DNA of 64,000 nucleotides from Acidobacteriota bacterium (GTDB lineage Bacteria > Acidobacteriota > UBA6911 > RPQK01 > JADFOI01), in NCBI GenBank assembly GCA_963663035.1, contig OY760074.1, positions 512,001 through 576,000 on the forward strand. The letters run 5' to 3'. How positions within the stretch are numbered: the stretch's first letter is position 1; every line of letters starts with the position of its first letter. Position numbers and translations under genes: made by a program. Of the stretch, positions 9,533 through 16,595 are shown one piece after another. Under the pieces are notes generated by a model, which saw only the letters and a list, made by a program, of their open reading frames with translations, did no database searches and was not told the origin of the DNA.

Positions 9533-9757
9533 ATGGAAGTTCTACATTACTTTGGTGCGGCAATTGGTCTTGGGTTGATTGTGATTGGCGCTGGTCTGGG
9601 AATTGGTAGATTCACCGCCGCTGCGGCCGAGAGCATTGCCCGTCAGCCGGCAGCAGCTGACAAGATAACAGCCGCCATCAATTTGCCGCTCTTCCTGCTT
9701 GAAGGGGTGGCAATTCTGGCGGAGGTGTTCGTGCTCCTGGTTGTGTTTATGAGATGA
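9533..9757 (+). CDS. atpE: F0F1 ATP synthase subunit c
   Basis: GAGLGIG glycine stripe, ARQP loop, carboxylate in LLEGVA. Confidence 0.95.
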   Translation: MEVLHYFGAAIGLGLIVIGAGLGIGRFTAAAAESIARQPAAADKITAAINLPLFLLEGVAILAEVFVLLVVFMR

Positions 9758-9803
9758 AACTAGTCAACTCCATGGATCAGTAAGCCTTTGAAGGGAGTTT
9801 GTC

Positions 9804-10307
9804 ATGGATAATCCTCTGGTCCAGCCAGATCCGGGTTTGTTTCTCTGGACCATCCTCACTTTTTTGGTCCTCTTTGGATTGCTGGCCAGGTTCGCCTGGA
9901 AACCTCTTCTGGCCATGTTGGAAAAGCGAGAGGAAATCATCCGGCAGTCTCTGGATGATGCCGAGAAGGTAAAAAACGAGCTGCAGCGACTTCAGCAGGA
10001 ATCGAAAGAGATCCTTTCCAAAGCCAGAGTGGAGGCTCAGTCCATCCTGGCCAAAACTCGGTCTGAGGCTGAGCAGTTGAAGGGAGAGATCAGGCAAAAG
10101 GCCAAGGCTCAGGCCGATTCGATTCTCCGTGATGCAGAAAAACAGATCCAGGTGGAGACGGAGAAGGCTATCGCTGTGCTTAAAAGTGATGTGGTCGACC
10201 TCTCCCTGGTGGTGGCATCCAAGCTGATCAGGAGAAATCTCTCGAAAGAGGACAACCAGTCACTCATCGAAGAGTCCTTGAAGCAGTTCGAAGCCTATCG
10301 GACCTGA
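9804..10307 (+). CDS. atpF: F0F1 ATP synthase subunit b
   Basis: N-terminal TM (PGLFLWTILTFLVL..FAWKPLL) followed by a long coiled coil. Confidence 0.95.
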   Translation: MDNPLVQPDPGLFLWTILTFLVLFGLLARFAWKPLLAMLEKREEIIRQSLDDAEKVKNELQRLQQESKEILSKARVEAQSILAKTRSEAEQLKGEIRQKAKAQADSILRDAEKQIQVETEKAIAVLKSDVVDLSLVVASKLIRRNLSKEDNQSLIEESLKQFEAYRT

Positions 10308-10413
10308 TGGAGCAGCACTCTTTCACAGGATCTACTTTTTCTCTTTTTATGTGCTTTATTAGCTGATAAGATAGAAGGGCCTCCATTTGGGGGGGGAAGA
10401 AGGGAACACTCAT

Positions 10414-10851
10414 ATGCCTCACCTGAAGTTTCTGATAGTGGGAGCGCTGATCGTGGGAGCCATCTCCTATTTGATGTTCAGTGGAATCAACGATTCCATG
10501 GTCTACTATTACACTGTCTCAGAGGCTCTCGAGATGGTACAGGAACTTGACAATAGAGGAATCCGCGTAGGTGGTTATGTCCAGGCCGGCACTATTCAAA
10601 AGGACAACAGTCAATCTCAGGTCGAGTTTCTGGTTTTTGAGAAGGAAAGTGATCGGACTCTCCCGGTGATCTATCAGGGGATCATCCCTGACACCTTTAA
10701 GGATAATGCCGAGGTCCTGGTGGAAGGAATGTATCGCCCTGAGGAAGGAATATTCCATGCCAACGTTCTTCTGGCCAAATGTCCTTCCAAATACGAAGCA
10801 CTAGGTCCCGAACATCCACAAGATATTCCCATCGGAAAGGGTAGTGACTAA
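10414..10851 (+). CDS. ccmE: Cytochrome c maturation heme chaperone CcmE, CxxxY (system I*) type
   Basis: N-terminal TM, YYYTVSE, IRVGG, VIYQGIIPDTF, LAKCPSKY. ATG at 10414 preferred over TTG at 10387. Confidence 0.93.
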   Translation: MPHLKFLIVGALIVGAISYLMFSGINDSMVYYYTVSEALEMVQELDNRGIRVGGYVQAGTIQKDNSQSQVEFLVFEKESDRTLPVIYQGIIPDTFKDNAEVLVEGMYRPEEGIFHANVLLAKCPSKYEALGPEHPQDIPIGKGSD

Positions 10852-10902
10852 CCTCAGCTCGGTGATCTTTGTGGTGAGGCACTAAGTGAGGCACTGACTG
10901 CA

Positions 10903-12894
10903 ATGATCGAGCTTGGCCATTATTGCCTCATCGCTTCCCTACTGGTCTGTGCCTACGGGATGGTGGCGGCTATCGCGGGGGGAGTGCAGAAGAACCTCCC
11001 ACTGGTGCGGAGCGCCGAAAACAGCATTATTGCCCACTTTACCATCCTGGTGGCGGCTTCTTTCTGTCTCTGGTACCTGCTGTTGAGCGACAACTTTCAG
11101 GTGGAGTATGTCGCAAACTTCAGCGCAACTGATATCCCTACTCGTTTTAAGTTCACAGCCTTCTGGGGAGGACAAGAAGGAAGCCTTTTATTGTGGGCGC
11201 TGGTGCTTTCCTTTTTCTCTTTTCTGGTGGTGGTTCAAAACCGCCACCGAAATCGCGATTTGATGCCCTACACCGCTGCTGTTCTTCTGGGGACCATTGG
11301 TTTTTTTATGCTCCTGTTGAACTTCGCCACCAATCCCTTTGAAACGCTGGATTTCATACCGGTTGATGGGCAGGGATTGAATCCGCTGCTGCAAAATTAC
11401 TATATGATCATCCACCCGCCCATACTTTTTTTGGGTTACGTCGGTATGACGATCCCCTTCGCCTTTGCCATGGGGGCCTTGATCAGTGGACGGCTCGACA
11501 CCTCTTGGCTTGCCACTGCTCGCCGATGGACCCTGGTGGCATGGATATTTCTCACCTTTGGGTTCACGCTGGGGGGGATGTGGGCTTACGAAGAACTTGG
11601 CTGGGGAGGATACTGGGCATGGGACCCAGTTGAGAATGCTTCCCTCATGCCCTGGCTCATAGCCACGGCTTTCCTGCATTCGGTGATGATTACGGAAAAG
11701 AAGGGAATGCTCAGGATTTGGAACTTTGTCTTGATTTTGCTGGCATTTGAGCTTTCCATCTTCGGTACTTTTATCACTCGAAGTGGAATCATCTCATCCG
11801 TTCACTCCTTTGCGCTCTCCAGTGTAGGACCGTTTTTTGTGGGCTTTTTGGCCCTTAGCTCTTTCGTCGGTGTTTTTTGGATTGTTTATCGGTCGAAGGA
11901 ATTGCACAGTGAGCAGCGGATGACGTCTTTCTTGTCTCGTGAAGCTTCCTTTCTGCTCAACAACTTACTGTTTGTGTCGATCTGTTTTGCTATTTTCTGG
12001 GGTACGGTGTTTCCTATTCTCTCCGAATGGGTACAGGGTGAGAAAATTACCGTCTCAGCGCCTTTCTTTAATGCGGTGAACCTACCCTTGGGTTTAGCCC
12101 TGCTGATTTTGACCGGTGTGTGCCCTCTGATCGCCTGGCGCAAGGCCTCAGCAAAGAACTTTCGAAGAAACTTTGTCACCCCTCTCCTGGCGGGCTTTCT
12201 CAGCAGTGTGGCGGTGGTGGCTGCAGGTGTTCGTGATCTCATCCCAGTGCTGTTCTTCTCTGCCTGTGGTTTTGTGGCCATGACCCTGATAAACGAGTTC
12301 TATAAGGGCGCTCGTGCTCGCCAGACCATCCGACCCTCGGGGTTTCTCATCGCCTTAACGGATCTGACTTTAATGAACAAGCGTCGTTACGGTGGATTTA
12401 TCATCCACATTGGAGTGGTTTTGGTCTTCGTTGGAATCATCGGCAGCTCATTTTTCCAGAGTGAGGAGCTCTTCACCGTGAACAGAGGCGAGGAATTCAC
12501 TATCGGGGACTACACCTTGAGATTTGAGCAACTGACTTTCAGAGAGGATCCGGAAAAGGAGGTCGTTTTGGCTCACCTAGATATTCTGAAAGGCGGACAG
12601 AAGATCGATGAAATCTATCCCGAAAAGGACTTTCATTACAAAAGTGAGCAACCCATGACAGAGGTGAAGATTCGTTCCACGCTCAAAGAGGATCTTTACG
12701 TGGTTCTGTCAGGGTGGGATGAGGAGGGACAGGCCACCTTTCATGTCTTTATCAATCCTCTGGTTCAACTGATCTGGATCGGAATCGGCATCATGGTCTT
12801 GGGGGGGATGTTCGTTCTCATTCCCAACAAGAAGCTCGGACCAGCGGTGGCTCTCAAGAGACCTGACCAGGAGGTGAGAGAGGAGGCGGCTTAG
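10903..12894 (+). CDS. ccmF: Heme lyase CcmF
   Basis: WGGQEGSLLLW, GLNPLLQ, IHPP, WAYEELGWGGYWAWDPVENAS (WWD domain), RSGIISSVHSF. Confidence 0.97.
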   Translation: MIELGHYCLIASLLVCAYGMVAAIAGGVQKNLPLVRSAENSIIAHFTILVAASFCLWYLLLSDNFQVEYVANFSATDIPTRFKFTAFWGGQEGSLLLWALVLSFFSFLVVVQNRHRNRDLMPYTAAVLLGTIGFFMLLLNFATNPFETLDFIPVDGQGLNPLLQNYYMIIHPPILFLGYVGMTIPFAFAMGALISGRLDTSWLATARRWTLVAWIFLTFGFTLGGMWAYEELGWGGYWAWDPVENASLMPWLIATAFLHSVMITEKKGMLRIWNFVLILLAFELSIFGTFITRSGIISSVHSFALSSVGPFFVGFLALSSFVGVFWIVYRSKELHSEQRMTSFLSREASFLLNNLLFVSICFAIFWGTVFPILSEWVQGEKITVSAPFFNAVNLPLGLALLILTGVCPLIAWRKASAKNFRRNFVTPLLAGFLSSVAVVAAGVRDLIPVLFFSACGFVAMTLINEFYKGARARQTIRPSGFLIALTDLTLMNKRRYGGFIIHIGVVLVFVGIIGSSFFQSEELFTVNRGEEFTIGDYTLRFEQLTFREDPEKEVVLAHLDILKGGQKIDEIYPEKDFHYKSEQPMTEVKIRSTLKEDLYVVLSGWDEEGQATFHVFINPLVQLIWIGIGIMVLGGMFVLIPNKKLGPAVALKRPDQEVREEAA

Positions 12895-12897
12895 TCT

Positions 12898-13156
12898 AGC
12901 CCGGATTATGCATAAATTCTCTACTGCATCGACGAAATCATCCGCCCTGACTGCGTTGCACGACCCGCAAGCGGGTACCCCTCGGCTCCTCAACGTACTC
13001 AAGAGTACGTTTGCGGGGACCGACCCGTGGCGGGTACCCCTCGCTCGCCAGTCGGAGCCGCAGGCTTTAGCCTGCGGGCCCGTGGGCTTAAGCCCACGGC
13101 TCTGTTTTTCGGCGCTTTCGTCGCTTCGTGACAAGAACCTATGCATAAACCGAGCT
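12898..13156. mobile_element. Palindromic MITE-like element, copy 2 (259 bp, longest), in frame with ccmH
   Basis: AGCCCGGATTATGCATAAATTCTC...GAACCTATGCATAAACCGAGCT ends. Internal hairpins AACGTACTCAAGAGTACGTT, CGCAGGC-TTTA-GCCTGCG and CCGTGGGC-TTAA-GCCCACGG. Confidence 0.85.
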
Positions 13157-13606
13157 TGTTCCATTACTCTTGTGCTCCTGCTGTTGGGCTCTTTGGCATT
13201 TGGGCAGGACTCCTCCCAAGAGGAAATCGTTTCGCGGATTACCGCCAACCTGATGTGCACCTGCGGATGTCCTCATATCATCCACCAGTGCGGCAACGAA
13301 TGTTCCGTAGCACCCCAACTGGAGAAGGAGATCACAGACTTGGTGATCTCAGGCAGGACAGAGGAGGAAGTCTATGCCATCTTCGAAGCCAGCTACGGGA
13401 TGAGGGTGCTAGCGGTTCCCAGGGCAGAGGGATTTAATCTGCTGGCTTGGGTGATGCCTTTTGTGGGGCTTTTAGCGGGAGCTGTTTTTATCTTTATGGT
13501 GATTAAGCGTCTCAAGCCTGATGACTCCAACCAGAAAGCTGAAGACGTCCTTCCCGAAGTTAGCGAAAGATATCGAAAGCTCATAGATAGGGAATTGGAG
13601 CGGTGA
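12908..13606 (+). CDS. ccmH: CcmH/CcmL-like cytochrome c biogenesis protein; start uncertain, first ~83 codons derive from the repeat element
   Basis: Hydrophobic signal ITLVLLLLGSLAFG, LMCTCGC..C...C, YGMRVLAVPRAEGFNLLAWVMP and a C-terminal TM; follows ccmF. Confidence 0.8.
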   Translation: MHKFSTASTKSSALTALHDPQAGTPRLLNVLKSTFAGTDPWRVPLARQSEPQALACGPVGLSPRLCFSALSSLRDKNLCINRACSITLVLLLLGSLAFGQDSSQEEIVSRITANLMCTCGCPHIIHQCGNECSVAPQLEKEITDLVISGRTEEEVYAIFEASYGMRVLAVPRAEGFNLLAWVMPFVGLLAGAVFIFMVIKRLKPDDSNQKAEDVLPEVSERYRKLIDRELER

Positions 13607-13918
13607 ATGATCTTACTCATCGCGCCCCTTTTGTTCATAGGCGCAGTCCTCTATATTGCCTATCCTCTTCTGAAAGATGAGATCAGGGAGCCAGCCCCTG
13701 AGGATGAAACAACAGATCAAGAGAAGCTTCTGCAAGAAAAAAAGGACATTATTGAGTCCTTAAAAGATATCGAGATGGATTTCCGCATGGGCAAGTTGTC
13801 TACCCTGGACTATCAATCTCTCAAGAGCGATTTCGAGCAGCAGGCCGTGAAAAGTTTCCAAAGGATTCAGTCACTGCAGGCGAAGGACGGCAAGATCGGG
13901 AAGAAGAAAAGAACCTGA
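13607..13918 (+). CDS. Short CcmI-like (N-terminal part) membrane protein
   Basis: TM followed by LKDIEMDFRMGKLSTLDYQSL, resembling the CcmI N-terminal leucine-zipper motif; inside the ccm operon. Confidence 0.6.
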   Translation: MILLIAPLLFIGAVLYIAYPLLKDEIREPAPEDETTDQEKLLQEKKDIIESLKDIEMDFRMGKLSTLDYQSLKSDFEQQAVKSFQRIQSLQAKDGKIGKKKRT

Positions 13919-13920
13919 GG

Positions 13921-14655
13921 ATGCCCCCCAAAGCCGTCCCTCTGTTACGACTTTCTAAACTCACCAAGAAATTCGGAGCCATCCGGGCGGTCTGGAATGT
14001 GGATCTGGAGATCAGCCGGGGCGATTGTCTGGCTATCTTTGGTCCCAATGGGGCCGGTAAGACGACCTTGCTCAAAGTTATTGCGTCCTTAACACAGCCC
14101 ACCAATGGAGAAATTTCCTTCAAGGGCCACAATCGGAGGCGGGACGGGGTGGGCTACGTCTCGCACCTCAGCCTTCTGTACAACGAGTTGACCGGTATGG
14201 AGAACTTGTTGTTTTATGCGCGTCTGTTTCAGATAAAGGACGCTCAGCTACGGGCAGCTGAAATGTTATCCAAAATGGGGCTAAAGGAAGCACGCAATCA
14301 GCCTGCTAGAGAGTATTCGAGGGGTATGAAACAGAGATTGACCTTGGCCCGGGCGCTCTTGCACGAACCCCAATTGCTGCTCCTGGATGAGCCCTACACC
14401 GGACTCGATCAACACGGATGTCGTCTTTTCACGGAAGTCCTCCGAGGATTGAAACAAGAGGGGAGGACCATCTTGCTGGTCACCCATAATCTTGGCGAAG
14501 GACTGGAGTTGTGTAATCGAGTGATGATTCAGAACAGAGGTGAAGTGGTTTTTCAAGCTCCTCGCGAGCATGTGGATCCCTCTGGATTTGAAAGACTCTA
14601 CTTTCAGGCAGTTGAAGAAGGAGGCAGGAGGCAGGAGATAGGAGGCAGGAGATAG
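13921..14655 (+). CDS. ccmA: Heme ABC exporter ATP-binding protein CcmA
   Basis: GPNGAGKTT, YSRGMKQRL, LLLDEPYTGLD. The C-terminus runs into a heptamer repeat. Confidence 0.9.
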   Translation: MPPKAVPLLRLSKLTKKFGAIRAVWNVDLEISRGDCLAIFGPNGAGKTTLLKVIASLTQPTNGEISFKGHNRRRDGVGYVSHLSLLYNELTGMENLLFYARLFQIKDAQLRAAEMLSKMGLKEARNQPAREYSRGMKQRLTLARALLHEPQLLLLDEPYTGLDQHGCRLFTEVLRGLKQEGRTILLVTHNLGEGLELCNRVMIQNRGEVVFQAPREHVDPSGFERLYFQAVEEGGRRQEIGGRR

Positions 14656-14745
14656 GAGGCAGGAGATAGGAGGCAGGAGATAGGAGCACAGGCTCTGTAC
14701 ACAAATGTGCTTATTCTGACTCCTACCTCCTGACTCCTACCTCCT
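14619..14745. repeat. Heptamer tandem array (AGGAGGC/AGGAGAT x~10) followed by an inverted array (TCCTGAC/TCCTACC x~4)
   Basis: Directly visible at 14619-14688 and 14714-14745. AGCACA...TGTGCT closes the inner stem. Confidence 0.9.
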
Positions 14746-14752
14746 TCTTATT

Positions 14753-15430
14753 ATGAACTCCATTAGGCTCATCTGGATACTGGTTGCGAAAGATCTCAAG
14801 ATCGAATGGCGCTCAAGACAGGCCTTATTGACGACCGTGTTCTTTGCGCTTCTCATCCTGGTTGTGTTCAATTTTGCTTTTGATCCGGGAAGTCAAGCTA
14901 CCAGGGAGGCGGCACCGGGGATTCTCTGGGTGGCTTTGCTTTTTCCCGGAATTATCCAGGTGAATCGTTCCTTTCAGATCGAGATGGAAGAGGGGACGTT
15001 ATACGGATTGTTTCTCTCGCCTGCTGATCGAGGAATCCTTTTTTTAGGCAAATTTCTGGCCAACTGGTTATTCTTGATGGTTGTGGACCTGGTCGTTCTG
15101 CTGCTTTTTTTGATTTTCTATAATTTCAGCCTTTCTATTCAAATCCTCTGGATAGCTCTGTTGGTAGTACTCTCTGGTGTCGGTTTCGCAGCGGTTGGGA
15201 CACTGTTTGGTGCCATGGTCAGTAACATTCGTACCCGGGAAGTCCTGTTGCCCATTTTGCTCTTTCCCATCCTCCTCCCTATAATTCTACCTGCTGTCAA
15301 TGGAACACAAGAAGTCTTGCTTTTCCAAGAAATACAGTCGCTGAACCGGTCGGTCGGGTTTCTGGTTTGTTTTGACGTGATTTTCGTGGCCGCCGGATTT
15401 CTACTCTTCGAATATGTCGTCTCTGATTAA
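14753..15430 (+). CDS. ccmB: Heme exporter membrane protein CcmB
   Basis: KDLKIEWRSR, APGILWVA, EMEEGTL, REVLLPILLFP. Confidence 0.93.
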   Translation: MNSIRLIWILVAKDLKIEWRSRQALLTTVFFALLILVVFNFAFDPGSQATREAAPGILWVALLFPGIIQVNRSFQIEMEEGTLYGLFLSPADRGILFLGKFLANWLFLMVVDLVVLLLFLIFYNFSLSIQILWIALLVVLSGVGFAAVGTLFGAMVSNIRTREVLLPILLFPILLPIILPAVNGTQEVLLFQEIQSLNRSVGFLVCFDVIFVAAGFLLFEYVVSD

Positions 15431-16139
15431 TCAGTCTTCCTGGCTATCAGCCAGACGGTCTCTGCGAATCGTGGATTGGTCGCTGATTCCCCTCTATCTC
15501 TTGATGGTTGCGGCTTTATATGGAGCCTTTCTTTACGCCCCCACTGAAAGCGAGATGGGTCCAGTGCAGCGCATTTTCTATTTCCACGTGGGTGCCGCCT
15601 GGAATGCCTTTCTGGCATTCTTCGGTGTGTTTCTGGGTGGACTTCTCTATCTCATCACCCGCAAACAGAGTTGGGATCATTTGGCGGCCTCGTGCGCGGA
15701 AGTCGGTGTGGTCTTTACCACCATCGTTTTGACCACAGGCCCGATCTGGGCCAAACCAATTTGGAACACGTGGTGGCCGTGGAGTGACCCCAGAGTGATG
15801 ACTACCACGGTGTTGTGGCTCATTTATGTGGCTTATCTGATTCTGCGATCCAGCTTGCCGGAGGGAGACACAAAGTACAAATACTGTGCTGTCTTTGGGA
15901 TTATCGGCTTTCTTGATGTGCCGATTGTTTGGCTGTCGATTCGTTGGTGGAGAACCATCCATCCTGTTGTTATCACCAGCAGCGGTGCGCAATTGGAGCC
16001 CGAGATGCTCCACGCTTTAATCGTTTCTGTCATCGCCATGACATTTCTCTGCGTTACGCTGGTGATGTTGAGAATGGCCCAGCTTCTGAACTACAGCATG
16101 GCAGAAGAACTTGCTCAAGAATTGGTCGAACGAGCATGA
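15414..16139 (+). CDS. ccmC: Heme exporter/WWD protein CcmC
   Basis: QRIFYFHV, TGPIWAKPIWNTWWPWSDPR, RWWRTIHP. Confidence 0.95.
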   Translation: MSSLINQSSWLSARRSLRIVDWSLIPLYLLMVAALYGAFLYAPTESEMGPVQRIFYFHVGAAWNAFLAFFGVFLGGLLYLITRKQSWDHLAASCAEVGVVFTTIVLTTGPIWAKPIWNTWWPWSDPRVMTTTVLWLIYVAYLILRSSLPEGDTKYKYCAVFGIIGFLDVPIVWLSIRWWRTIHPVVITSSGAQLEPEMLHALIVSVIAMTFLCVTLVMLRMAQLLNYSMAEELAQELVERA

Positions 16140-16273
16140 ATTTCCTTTTTCTCGGATATGGAGTTATCTGGACGATTCTGTTCTGCTACCTCGTCTACCT
16201 GACACGAAGCCAGAAGCGGGTGAATGAGAAGTTGAAATCCCTATTGGAGGGATTGCAGGATCGCAACAGATAA
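16136..16273 (+). CDS. ccmD: CcmD-like small membrane protein (45 aa)
   Basis: MNFLFLGYGVIWTILFCYLVYLTRSQKRV...: N-terminal TM then a charged tail; ATGA overlap with the ccmC stop. Confidence 0.8.
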   Translation: MNFLFLGYGVIWTILFCYLVYLTRSQKRVNEKLKSLLEGLQDRNR

Positions 16274-16595
16274 TCCTCCGTGCGTGAATTCAAATATGTT
16301 TGCTTGAGGTGGGGTTCCTTTCTCTGGGGAGAGCCGGAGAAGAGCTTCCCTGGATTTGTAGTCATAGCAGCTGAGATAGTATGATAATCAAGGAAGTAAA
16401 GAAGGTGATTTCTGCACTTTTTAGAACGTTTCGGTGCATTCTACTGGCTTGTTAGTTAAATCATTTCAGAATAGAGGATTGCGTACGAGTGACCTGTGCT
16501 TTAGCTGATCATTCGGGTGGACCCGAAATTGACAGTCATCGAATCACGAACAACTTTGGGGAAGCTCCTGGAGAATACTGCGGCGGGAGGCAATC

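Noticed and set aside
10389-10396. G8 tract before ccmE as a phase-variation switch
   Set aside because: It is short and lies outside the likely CDS (ATG 10414); there is no evidence of length variation.
16274-16595. Possible c-di-GMP riboswitch upstream of the PilZ gene
   Set aside because: Only a small TTCGGGT-GG-ACCCGAA hairpin is visible, with no recognisable riboswitch consensus. An Rfam scan would settle it.
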